Part shown: one piece after another, positions 40,707 through 49,997 of the stretch
Position numbering within the stretch: the first letter of the stretch is position 1
How the letters are laid out: each line of letters starts with the position of its first letter
Source: Vulcanimicrobiota bacterium
GTDB taxonomy: Bacteria > Vulcanimicrobiota > Xenobia > Xenobiales > JADMJV01
DNA: 62,268 nt
Direction of reading: 5' to 3'
Assembly (NCBI GenBank): GCA_050486105.1
Contig: JBJHCR010000002.1
Location: forward strand, 1-62,268
Notes under the pieces: model-generated
Told to the model about the DNA's origin: nothing
The model's database searches: none
Seen by the model: only the letters and a program-made list of their open reading frames with translations
Program-made: the position numbers and the translations under genes

Positions 40707-41981
40707 ATGAAACCCGAAACTCTCGCCGTGCATGCCGGCTACGAAACGGACCCCACTACTCATGCAGTCGCAGTTCCCATCTACCAAACTGTGGCCTACG
40801 AGTTCGATAACGCTCAACACGGAGCAGACCTCTTCAACCTGGCGGTGCCGGGTAATATCTACACTCGAATCATGAACCCCACCTCCGACGTTCTCGAGAA
40901 GCGTGTTGCTCTTTTGGAGAGAGGACTGGCGGGATTGGCCGTGTCGGCTGGAAGCGCGGCGATCAACTATTCCATCCTAACCATTGCAGAGAAGGGCAAC
41001 AACATCGTCACCGTGCCCCAACTTTATGGAGGGACCTACACCCTATTTGCCCACATGTTGCCCTCCCTTGGAATCGAGGTCCGCTTCGCCGAAGGCGATG
41101 CCCCTGAGCAACTGTCAAAGCTGATCGACAAGAAGACTTCTGCGGTGTTCTGTGAGTCCATCGGCAATCCGGCCGGGAATGTGGCCGATCTCGAGGGCAT
41201 CGCCAGCATGGCCAAGAGTCACGGGGTTCCGGTCATCGTAGACAACACCGTGGCCACCCCGGTCATCACCAGGCCCATCGACTGGGGGGTGGACATCGTG
41301 GTCCATTCATTGACCAAATACATGGGAGGCCATGGCAACTCCCTGGGCGGACTCATTGTCGATTCAGGGAAGTTTCCTTGGACCGAGCATGCCGAGCGCT
41401 TTCCGGTCCTCAACCGGCCCGAACCAGCCTATCATGGGGTGGTCTACACTGAAGCCATGGGCCCGGCTGCCTACATCGCTCGAGCTCGGACCGTTCCTTT
41501 ACGCAATACCGGCTCAGCGCTAAGCCCCCTAAACGCCTTTCTGTTGTTGCAAGGAATCGAAACTCTATCATTGCGGATGGAGCGCCACTGCGACAACGCC
41601 ATGGCTGTTGCCGAGTACCTAAAACAGCATCCTCAGGTCGACTGGGTTCACTACGCCGGGTTGCCGGATTCCCCGTACTTCGACTTGGCCAAGAAATACT
41701 GCGGAGGGCGCCCGTCAGCTCTGCTCACTTTTGGGATCAAGGGCGGCTTCGATGCCGGACGCAAGTTTTATGACGCACTCAAGCTGTTTAAACGCCTAGT
41801 CAATATCGGGGACACCCGGTCGCTTGCAGCCCATCCTGCTTCCACCACCCATCGTCAGCTTTCCGAGGACGAACTCAAGACAGCAGGAGTCACTCAAGAC
41901 ATGATCAGGCTTTGTGTCGGCATCGAGCATATTGATGACATCAAGGAGGACTTGGACCAAGCACTCAGTTCGGCCAAGTAG
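40707..41981 (+). CDS. metY: O-acetylhomoserine aminocarboxypropyltransferase (sulfhydrylase), PLP-dependent
   Basis: Motifs present are KPETLAVHAGYETDPTTHAVAVPIYQTVAYEF and the PLP-Lys motif SLTKYMGGHGNSLGG. The protein is 424 aa. Confidence 0.85.
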   Translation: MKPETLAVHAGYETDPTTHAVAVPIYQTVAYEFDNAQHGADLFNLAVPGNIYTRIMNPTSDVLEKRVALLERGLAGLAVSAGSAAINYSILTIAEKGNNIVTVPQLYGGTYTLFAHMLPSLGIEVRFAEGDAPEQLSKLIDKKTSAVFCESIGNPAGNVADLEGIASMAKSHGVPVIVDNTVATPVITRPIDWGVDIVVHSLTKYMGGHGNSLGGLIVDSGKFPWTEHAERFPVLNRPEPAYHGVVYTEAMGPAAYIARARTVPLRNTGSALSPLNAFLLLQGIETLSLRMERHCDNAMAVAEYLKQHPQVDWVHYAGLPDSPYFDLAKKYCGGRPSALLTFGIKGGFDAGRKFYDALKLFKRLVNIGDTRSLAAHPASTTHRQLSEDELKTAGVTQDMIRLCVGIEHIDDIKEDLDQALSSAK

Positions 41982-42077
41982 GAGGCTGACCTCGACGGGC
42001 GGGCTTTCAAAGTGGGGGTTCGGTTCGCAGGACAAATCTTGGACAGACAATGATCTCTAAAGCAAAAGGGGGGAGGA

Positions 42078-44483
42078 GTGATTCGTTTCGTCGCCCTGAT
42101 TCTATGCTCCGTTATCGCTTCCTCAGTCGCCCTGTCGGCCCCACTGTTGACCGAAACCGAGCAGCAGTCGGTCCGTGATGCCATTTCCACTCTGACGGCT
42201 CAGGGTTTCTTGCCAGGTTATCCAGACGGAACCTTCAAGGGAGATCGTTCTTCTTCGCGTTGGGAAATGGCCTTGATGGTAGCCCCATTGTTGGCTCGTT
42301 TGAAGGACGCTCACTCACCTCTCTCCAGCGAAGCCGACTATGATACGCTGCAGAGCTTAGCGTTGACTTTGCAAGAAGAGTTGGAAGCTCTTGGTTTTGG
42401 TCTCTTTGGACTTGAAGACAAAGTTCGGGAATTGGAGACCCGGGTGGCTGACAAAGAGCGTATCCGTTTCTATGGTAGCTCGGAAACAGTGGTGATGGCC
42501 TCCAACTTTTACAACGTTGGTGGCATAGGGACTCCGGTGGTGGGCCCTGGTCAGGTCGCTCAAATTCGTCCCCAAGCCCAAGGAGTGATGCCGGTGGTGG
42601 ACTATCAGAGAAGCCGGGCTCTCCTGACCGGCACGGGCTTTACCTCTCGCATGATCCTGGGATTCACCGCCGAGGTGTCCCCCGATCTCGACCTCACCAC
42701 CCAGCTGGCAGCCTACACCACCCAAGGAGACCAGTTTGTCGACGTGTATTGGGGGGCCTCGGCTCCCAATCTGCTGGCTCTGATCACCGCCACGGCCAAC
42801 CCGGACCAAAACCACATTCCCTATACCTCTATGGTGCTGGATCGTTTTATCCTCGAGCATAAACCTTCTCGCACTCGAGTCACAGTGGGGGCCTATGATG
42901 AAATCCAGATGGATCCGCTGGTCTACAATGGGCAACCCAACCTCTCGGTGCGACCCCCTGCCCGCTACATCGGATACGGTTTTCACTTGCTCGGATCGAA
43001 GGCGGACGCTGACCGAAGCCACCTGGTTTGGGAAACCTTCGGGAGCCGTTGGGGAGAAGGGAACGAGTACCAGGGCCTGGACTACCTGCAGCGGGTCCTT
43101 GGAGCCGATGTCACTTATCATCTTGCCAACGATAAAGGCCGCTTTCGGCTGAACTGGGCTCGACTTTGGCACGATGCCCCTTCAGGGGGGCACCCGCTCT
43201 TGGTGGGTCTGAAAACCGGCACCAATGTTCCCTATGGGGCCTCGTCCGGCTGGAACCCAGTTCAATGGGTCAACCCGCCCGGTCATTTTGCCCTTCAAAG
43301 CCGAACGGCCCCACTTGACGGAACCGTCTTCGTAGCCAACACCGTGGATACCCGTCCCATCCCCGGATGGAATCCAGACCTAGACAACGCGGCGGGCTTG
43401 ACGGCCGGGGGCGGCAATTTCGGTCCCATTCAACAGAACACCTACGGAGTCTCCGGGCGTTACAACTTCGATTTTGGTCTAAAGGTTGCCGGTGAGTTCG
43501 CTACCAGCGATTACCGGCCTAACCGCAACTCAAGTTACAGCGCTAGAGGTCAGGCCTGGCGTCTAGACTTGTCCGGAAACTTCGACGATGTGGAACTCGG
43601 CCTTGATTATCTGAGGGTCGAGCCGACCTACAATTCAAACCTTCAACCGAACGGTGCCTTAGGTCGGCGCTCCCCGCTCACCATCCAGGTGGGGGGACGA
43701 TTTCACATGCACGACACCGCCTTCTATCCCCACAATCGCGAGGGGTTTCGCGCTAGGCTCGGGGGCCGCTTCGATGGTGGTAAGTGGTGGCTGAATTCCC
43801 ATTCCCTTCGACAAACGCGAACCTCGCTCTACGATGTGCGCTCACCTATCGACTCCTTTGGACCCGGGTTACCCAACTTTGACGTTCTCGGCTTTAAGCC
43901 TGGATTCATCGACCCGGTGTTCTACGGGTACGCTCACCCTAACCTCTATGGCTCGGCTTCATACAGCTCCTTCACCTCTTCGCTCGAGCCGCTAGAAGAC
44001 CAGCGAGGACGCGAGCGACTCCTTGGGGGAGGCTTGAGTTGGGGTCCCCTTACAGTCGGGTACGAAAACCGCCGGTTCGACCGTCCTTCCATCTTGCCGG
44101 TGGAACTGGGTGGTAGCCAGAACTTCCTCGCCATGAACACTCAATTTCTTTGGGTGCAGACAGCTTGGAGTTTGGATGACCAGAAAACCCTGAGACTGGG
44201 TCTGGATTGGCTGCGCAGTGCCGGACATCTCGACCCCGCAGGAATCTACAACGAGATCGCCCATATCAACGGCCGTACCGATTTTGTCAACCTCGACAGT
44301 ACTCAACTCGTTCCGACCATTGGTCTGGATGTGGAGTTAACCCCCCAGGTTAGTTGGGGAGTCACCGGCCGTTACTACATCACCAAAGATCACATTCCCA
44401 ATAGTCTCAACACCGCCACCATTCTCCACCCATTCAACTGGGAAGGTCTGCAAGTGATCGGGGAGTTCAGGGTCGATTTTTAG
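42078..44483 (+). CDS. SLH-domain outer-membrane beta-barrel porin (OmpM/SomA/Slp-like tether)
   Basis: A signal peptide is followed by an S-layer-homology motif (TAQGFLPGYPDGTFKGDRSSSRWEMALMV). Next comes a coiled-coil segment (LQEELEALGFGLFGLEDKVRELETRVADKE). The C-terminal ~650 aa are rich in Gly/Tyr/Asn and strand-like, ending in ...EFRVDF. Confidence 0.7.
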   Translation: MIRFVALILCSVIASSVALSAPLLTETEQQSVRDAISTLTAQGFLPGYPDGTFKGDRSSSRWEMALMVAPLLARLKDAHSPLSSEADYDTLQSLALTLQEELEALGFGLFGLEDKVRELETRVADKERIRFYGSSETVVMASNFYNVGGIGTPVVGPGQVAQIRPQAQGVMPVVDYQRSRALLTGTGFTSRMILGFTAEVSPDLDLTTQLAAYTTQGDQFVDVYWGASAPNLLALITATANPDQNHIPYTSMVLDRFILEHKPSRTRVTVGAYDEIQMDPLVYNGQPNLSVRPPARYIGYGFHLLGSKADADRSHLVWETFGSRWGEGNEYQGLDYLQRVLGADVTYHLANDKGRFRLNWARLWHDAPSGGHPLLVGLKTGTNVPYGASSGWNPVQWVNPPGHFALQSRTAPLDGTVFVANTVDTRPIPGWNPDLDNAAGLTAGGGNFGPIQQNTYGVSGRYNFDFGLKVAGEFATSDYRPNRNSSYSARGQAWRLDLSGNFDDVELGLDYLRVEPTYNSNLQPNGALGRRSPLTIQVGGRFHMHDTAFYPHNREGFRARLGGRFDGGKWWLNSHSLRQTRTSLYDVRSPIDSFGPGLPNFDVLGFKPGFIDPVFYGYAHPNLYGSASYSSFTSSLEPLEDQRGRERLLGGGLSWGPLTVGYENRRFDRPSILPVELGGSQNFLAMNTQFLWVQTAWSLDDQKTLRLGLDWLRSAGHLDPAGIYNEIAHINGRTDFVNLDSTQLVPTIGLDVELTPQVSWGVTGRYYITKDHIPNSLNTATILHPFNWEGLQVIGEFRVDF

Positions 44484-44620
44484 GGACCTATTGACGTTCA
44501 AGTGAAGACTCGTACACAACTGGGACGGCTTGATGTCAGCCCTCAAAGTCAGCTTTTCCTCAGACCGAGGTTGCTGCCCCCTAGTCTAGCGGCCTATATT
44601 GCGCTATTCTAAGTCTAGTC

Positions 44621-45163
44621 ATGGCTGCAAAACCCTCCACCCTAAAGAAAAAGATCCAGCAAGTTGTGCTTCTACTGCTTCTCCCGGTTCTGGGGCTCAC
44701 GGGTACTCGAGCCCTGAACGAATGGAGAAGCTACCAAACGGCGCTCGCACATCTCAAGCTCGCCAATCACTTCATCGACAACAGCCAACTCGATCAAGCC
44801 GTCTCGGAGTTTGCCCTTGCCGTTGAAGCCTATCCTGCCATGTACCCAGCTTGGCTGGGGCTCGGGAGCGCTCACTGCATGAAAGACGACCACGAAAAGG
44901 AACTTCTGGTTTATCAAAGGGCGACCAACGCGCTCCCTAACAAGGCGGAGACTCATCGGGATCTCGCTTTGACCTATCGGGAACTTGGAGAGACGCGTGC
45001 TTCTCTCTATCATCTGAAGATTGCCGCCACCTGTTCCCCGGAAGACACCATTTTCACCAACGCCTTGCTGCAGCGGGCCGAACGAGAGATTCAAGAAGGG
45101 CTCCTTCCTGAGAGCCGACAACCCTTGGCGGTTCCAGGCAACGATCACAACCATCATTCCTGA
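44621..45163 (+). CDS. membrane-anchored TPR-repeat protein
   Basis: An N-terminal TM helix (VVLLLLLPVLGLTG) is followed by about 3 TPRs (AVSEFALAVEAYPAMYPAWLGLGSAHC..., VYQRATNALPNKAETHRDLALTY...). Confidence 0.6.
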   Translation: MAAKPSTLKKKIQQVVLLLLLPVLGLTGTRALNEWRSYQTALAHLKLANHFIDNSQLDQAVSEFALAVEAYPAMYPAWLGLGSAHCMKDDHEKELLVYQRATNALPNKAETHRDLALTYRELGETRASLYHLKIAATCSPEDTIFTNALLQRAEREIQEGLLPESRQPLAVPGNDHNHHS

Positions 45164-45406
45164 ATTCGTCAAGCTTGACTACACCTGTGAGCCAGCCCGT
45201 TTCTGGCGCCCAGGGTGGGCGGACAAGAAGTTCCAAGTGTCCATCCTCAAACCTTCCCAAGGACTCCAGGAGACAATTCTGGCAGCAGGGATTCTCTCAG
45301 GGTGGATGCTCCGGGATCCTCGGGTACCACTCCAAAATTCTAAGAGTGTGGATGGCCAAATTCGTGGTTTGCCAAGCTTCGGAAGCCCCTCGCGTATCGG
45401 AGAGCC

Positions 45407-48400
45407 ATGAGACGGTTTGAAGACATTGTGCGCGCGCACCCGGAGCTGCAGAGAATGACCCCGACCTCCGAAGACCTAGCTTGGATATCGCGGGGTAGAA
45501 GGCCCGCAGAGTTGATCGCTCGAGCCTGCTATCGATTTCATCAGCGGCCGTTCCTGACGCTGAATCCCGGGGATCCCGAGGGAGAGGTCCACACCTATGG
45601 ACAGTTTTGGTGCCGGGTCCGTAGGCTGATCAGCCTACTGAGAGACCGCGGCTGCACCGAGGGAACAATGATCGGGCTCTGTGGATTCGGCTGCCCCGAC
45701 TGGGCAGCTGCAGAGGTTGCGTGCCTCTGCCTCGGCGCCACCTCGGTTCCCCTAGATGGAGACCTGAGCGCTGACGACCTGGTAGCCATCCTAGACGAGA
45801 TGGATCTCTTGGTCTTGCTTTGCGAATCGGAGCCCTACGAGAAACTCAGGGCAAGGTTCGTCTCTCGTAGTCGGTCCGTGGACAGTCTTGTCCTGTTCTC
45901 AGCCTGCTCTAGTCCAACTGAGAATCAAAAATCGGCATGCTCTGCAGACTTGGTGAAAGAAGACCTGGACAGGGGGTTCGCTCCAGTGAATCCCGATCAG
46001 CTGTTCAGCGTGGTCTACACTTCCGGCAGCACCGGGCGGCCAAAAGGGGTCATGCTGACCTATGGACGCTGGGAACAAACCCTCCGCGATGCCTTGCATC
46101 GAACCCCGGCCCCGAGAGTGACCCTCGGGTATCTTCCTTTATGCCATATGGCCGGAAGAATCGATCTGTTCAATACCATGATGGCTGGAGGAGTCGTACA
46201 TCTCGTGGAGGCCAAGAACCGAGGTGATCTCTTAGGAGAACTTCAGAGGGCTCGCCCGACTCATCTGCTCCTGGTTCCCCGTCTGGCGGGACTGCTCTAT
46301 CAGCGCTTTCGAGACGAAATGAGACGACTGGGACACTCCGGGCCGTGGGATGCCCTTCTGAAACAGGTTGCTGTACGAAATGCTTGCCAGGACTTCCACC
46401 GCAGCAGTCTGGGAGGTAGGCTGGGAAATGTCACCACGGGCTCGGCTCCCACGCCCTTAGAGGTGAGTCAATTCTTGACCGAGGGCCTGGGGCTGCAGGT
46501 CACCGATCTCTATGGCTCCACCGAGGCGGGCCCCATCTGGACCGATGGCAAGGTGCACGCCTGGGTTGAGTATCGATTGCTCGACCGTCCAGAACTCGGA
46601 TACACCACCAAAGACCAACCTCATCCCAGAGGGGAACTCGCAGTGAAGTCCTCCCGAGTCACGAATGGTTATTACCAGAATGACGAGGCGAACTCGGATT
46701 TATTCCACGAAGGCTACCTACTGACTGGGGATATCGTGGAGGAGCGGGGCTCCCGGCAACTCAAGTGGCTCGATCGACGCTCGAACGTCCTGAGGCTGGC
46801 TCAAGGAGTCTTCGTTCAACTTTCTAGACTCGAAGCGACCTTTTTGGCTGGAAGTGGACTGATCGAGCAAATCTTTCTGTACGGAAGTCCGTGGCGTTCC
46901 TACCTCTTGGCAGTCGTCGTTCCCAGCCCCCTTCTGAAGGCGAGTACCGAAGATCCCGAGCTTCGACGCGACCAACTCAAAGCCGAATTGGCCCGTATTG
47001 GACAACAAGAGAACCTCAAGCCCTATGAAATTCCAAGGGACGTGCTGGAAGCCATCGAGCCTTTCTCTCCCCAGAACGAGTTGCTCAGCGCGGCCGGAAA
47101 ACCTCGGCATTCAAAGTTGAAGGAACGATACTCTGGACCATTGGAGGAGCTTTATCGGCGGCTCGAACGAGAGGCCCAAGGAGCTCGAGAACACCGAACG
47201 GAAGGACCCTTCGCCCAGGTCCTGCTGCAAGTTCTCGAAAGCATTCCGTCAAACTTTGCCGAGTTCAGCTTCGTCCATCTAGGTGGGGATTCTCTCGGCG
47301 CCCTACAGTTCGCTGAGCAGCTCTGGAGAGATCACGGCCTCAAGGTGACGGCGGCAGACCTCTTGAATCCCAACCTTCCTCTGGGCGAGCTCATGAGAGA
47401 ACTCAAGAACGATCTCGGTTCAATTTTGAGTAGGCTGCATGGCCAAGGAAACCGTGAGGCCCAGGCGTCCGATTTTGTCCGCCTGCTGGAACACTTTGCC
47501 GAATCGTCGACCCCTCGAACTGTCCCCAGACCGAGGGCCGTCCTAATGACCGGATCAACCGGGTTCCTGGGGAGGTTCACCGTGCTCGAGTTGGCCAAGA
47601 AACTGGGTCCAGAAGGTGAGGTCACCTGCCTGGTCCGGGCCAAGGACACCGAGACCGCCCTGCATCGACTGCAGACCAGCTTTCGTAGTCCCCAGGGGAG
47701 GCAAGCCTTTCAAAGCCTGCAACCTCGAGTACGCGTGTTGGTGGGAGATTTGACCCGAACCCAACTCGGGTTGTCTGCCGAGGACTACGAAGACCTCTCC
47801 CAGAGGATCGACTCGATAGTCCACGCCGGGGCCATGGTCAATCATGCCTTACCTTATGAGCAACTGGTTTTGCCCAATGTGGTGGGAACCGCGGAGATTG
47901 CTAGATTTGCCGCCCACGGGCGGCCCAAGGCCATCCATTTCGTCTCCACCGTAGCGGTGGGTCTGGGCTCTAGAGCCCGAGGAATACTTCGGGAATCGGA
48001 CCAGGCTCAGGACCTGTGGCCTTCTCGTCCCTTGGAGGCCTCCACCTACGCCCACGGATACGTGACCACCAAGTGGGCCGGCGAACTGCTTCTTGAGGCT
48101 TTCCAACGCCGCACCGGACTCCCGGTTACTATTTTGCGTAGTGGTCTTCTCCTGCCGGCTGCCCTTTGGCCCAAAGAATGCAATCATAGCGATGCACTGG
48201 CCCGCTTAATGGCAGGTGTCTGCAAGGTTCGATTGGTCCCATCGAGCCACCCGGATTCGACCCCCATAAATGGGTTGCCCGGAGACCTGGCTGGGATTTT
48301 CTTAGCCAGGTTGGCATGCCGTGAGACTCAAGGGTTCAAAACACTGCACCTCAGTTACCCTCTAGAGGGAATATCTGTGAGCACGCTGTTCGAGCGAGCC

Positions 48401-48667
48401 ACTGTCCTTTTCGACTGCGAGCCAAAGCGTACTGAGGAATTCTGGCCTTCGTATCGGCAACGTCTCATGGCTCTTGGGCCGGAGGAGCGCAGTAGATCAG
48501 CTCTGTCGATCCTGGACTCCTGGAGCCAAGCCCGTACCGACACTCTGATGGTCGAAAACTCCCGGTTGTGCGAACTGTGGACCCTGTTGGGACTAGCACC
48601 TATGGTGCTTGAGGAGGGCTACCTGGATCGCTGCCTGGCAACCTGGTCGACCTTATTGGACGATTGA
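45407..48667 (+). CDS. carboxylic-acid-reductase-like adenylation - thiolation - thioester-reductase (A-T-R) enzyme
   Basis: The AMP-binding core is YTSGSTGRPKGV. The carrier domain has the phosphopantetheine site FVHLGGDSLGALQF. The R domain has the Rossmann motif VLMTGSTGFLGRF and HGYVTTKWAGELLL (YxxxK). The protein is 1086 aa. Confidence 0.85.
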   Translation: MRRFEDIVRAHPELQRMTPTSEDLAWISRGRRPAELIARACYRFHQRPFLTLNPGDPEGEVHTYGQFWCRVRRLISLLRDRGCTEGTMIGLCGFGCPDWAAAEVACLCLGATSVPLDGDLSADDLVAILDEMDLLVLLCESEPYEKLRARFVSRSRSVDSLVLFSACSSPTENQKSACSADLVKEDLDRGFAPVNPDQLFSVVYTSGSTGRPKGVMLTYGRWEQTLRDALHRTPAPRVTLGYLPLCHMAGRIDLFNTMMAGGVVHLVEAKNRGDLLGELQRARPTHLLLVPRLAGLLYQRFRDEMRRLGHSGPWDALLKQVAVRNACQDFHRSSLGGRLGNVTTGSAPTPLEVSQFLTEGLGLQVTDLYGSTEAGPIWTDGKVHAWVEYRLLDRPELGYTTKDQPHPRGELAVKSSRVTNGYYQNDEANSDLFHEGYLLTGDIVEERGSRQLKWLDRRSNVLRLAQGVFVQLSRLEATFLAGSGLIEQIFLYGSPWRSYLLAVVVPSPLLKASTEDPELRRDQLKAELARIGQQENLKPYEIPRDVLEAIEPFSPQNELLSAAGKPRHSKLKERYSGPLEELYRRLEREAQGAREHRTEGPFAQVLLQVLESIPSNFAEFSFVHLGGDSLGALQFAEQLWRDHGLKVTAADLLNPNLPLGELMRELKNDLGSILSRLHGQGNREAQASDFVRLLEHFAESSTPRTVPRPRAVLMTGSTGFLGRFTVLELAKKLGPEGEVTCLVRAKDTETALHRLQTSFRSPQGRQAFQSLQPRVRVLVGDLTRTQLGLSAEDYEDLSQRIDSIVHAGAMVNHALPYEQLVLPNVVGTAEIARFAAHGRPKAIHFVSTVAVGLGSRARGILRESDQAQDLWPSRPLEASTYAHGYVTTKWAGELLLEAFQRRTGLPVTILRSGLLLPAALWPKECNHSDALARLMAGVCKVRLVPSSHPDSTPINGLPGDLAGIFLARLACRETQGFKTLHLSYPLEGISVSTLFERATVLFDCEPKRTEEFWPSYRQRLMALGPEERSRSALSILDSWSQARTDTLMVENSRLCELWTLLGLAPMVLEEGYLDRCLATWSTLLDD

Positions 48668-49867
48668 ATTAGCTTCCCAGGCTTGCTGTAGAGCCAGAGC
48701 GATGGATTCTGGTTGCCCATCCATTCCGTAGACACTGGCCGGGACGGGAGAGGCGGGAAGCTGTGGAGGAATAGTGGGAAGGGGGAGACGCACATTTCGG
48801 CTTTCCTCTCGCAGCAGGCCCCGAGGGTCCTTGCCTTGGCCTAGAGCCAGCAGGTCTTCTTCGAGCATCTGCCTGAGCAAGATCACTCCCCTGTCGCTTT
48901 CTCCCAGATGCTCCGAGGTCCGGTCAGCTATTCGACCTTGACTTAGCATGGCCACAAAGTCCTGATGCGAACCGCCTTGGCACTTCCAATCTCCGGAGTC
49001 CGATTCGGTGATCGGAGCGTACCAGTAGGGGATGCGAGCCTGCACAAAAGGCTGCTCCCCCGGGAGAGGGTGCAGCCACCAGGCCACCCTTAGAGTGGTT
49101 TCATCATCGATGGGAACGTTCCAATTGAAACTCTCGCCAACAAACAGACCGTTCGGCCAAAGACAAACCCGACCCACCTTCCAGAGGTCGTGGTCCTCAT
49201 CGGTGGTGGAGAGAACCCTACGATAAATGATGCCATACTCGAAGGGATCGAATCCGAGACGCAAGTGCTTGGGACCGTAGCCCTTCCCTTCTTGCTGAAG
49301 GCTCCAGTTTTGGTGGAGCCATTCGAAATGCACCGGATCGGCGCTGTTCTCTTGACACTGCAACCAATTGCAGGGGAGCACGGCAAAGGAAATGGAGACG
49401 AATCCTCGCTGAGTAAAAGCCTCCCAATCCCATAAACATGGCGCTGGCTCGGGGCCTAGGTAAGCCCACAATAGTCCGGCCTTAGCCTGCACAGGATAAG
49501 ATCGGGTCCGCACCTTTTCTCGAAAACGTCCTTGGGGACGGCAAGTGTCTTCGAACGGCTGCTCCAAGCATGCACCCTGGCGGTCAAAACACCAACCGTG
49601 ATAGCTGCAGCGGAGTCCGCGCTCTTCCACCCAGCCGTAAGCCAGACTGGCTCCCCTATGAGGGCAGGCCTCAGAAAGGAGACCATAGTGACCGCTCAAG
49701 TCGCGATAAAGAACCAAGTCTTCTCCAAATAGACGGATCCGACGAACGCTCTGCTCCTCAAACTCAGCTATTGCTGCGATGGGGTGCCAGTAGCGTCTGA
49801 GCAGTCCACCCATGGGGGATTTTCCGCAGATACGAGTCAGTCGGTGATTCTGATGAGTGTTGAGCAT
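48653..49867 (-). CDS. Rieske [2Fe-2S] non-haem-iron oxygenase, alpha-subunit-like
   Basis: The Rieske motif is CPHRGASL...CSYHGWCF (CxH-x17-CxxH). A candidate mononuclear iron site is DPVHFEWLH. The gene is convergent with the A-T-R gene, with a 15-nt 3' overlap. Confidence 0.8.
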   Translation of the reverse strand: MLNTHQNHRLTRICGKSPMGGLLRRYWHPIAAIAEFEEQSVRRIRLFGEDLVLYRDLSGHYGLLSEACPHRGASLAYGWVEERGLRCSYHGWCFDRQGACLEQPFEDTCRPQGRFREKVRTRSYPVQAKAGLLWAYLGPEPAPCLWDWEAFTQRGFVSISFAVLPCNWLQCQENSADPVHFEWLHQNWSLQQEGKGYGPKHLRLGFDPFEYGIIYRRVLSTTDEDHDLWKVGRVCLWPNGLFVGESFNWNVPIDDETTLRVAWWLHPLPGEQPFVQARIPYWYAPITESDSGDWKCQGGSHQDFVAMLSQGRIADRTSEHLGESDRGVILLRQMLEEDLLALGQGKDPRGLLREESRNVRLPLPTIPPQLPASPVPASVYGMDGQPESIALALQQAWEANSIVQ

Positions 49868-49997
49868 GAAGGTCCTCTGGCCAAACAGGATTCCTTGGCA
49901 AGCTCAGTTTCTCTTCCAAACCTTCCGCTTCCTACACTAATGTGCTTGCCGGCCGGACTCGGCAAAGGATCTCGAAAGTGGTCTCGAACCTTGGCCT

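Noticed and set aside
42357-43172. A 271-aa minus-strand ORF inside the SLH-porin gene.
   Set aside because: It is antisense to a gene with clear domain architecture. Its product is low-complexity (Gly/His/Arg/Val-rich) with no motifs, so it is a shadow ORF. Other long antisense ORFs were rejected on the same grounds: 6918..7547, 17560..18147, 24844..25617, 35473..36141 and 22072..22524.
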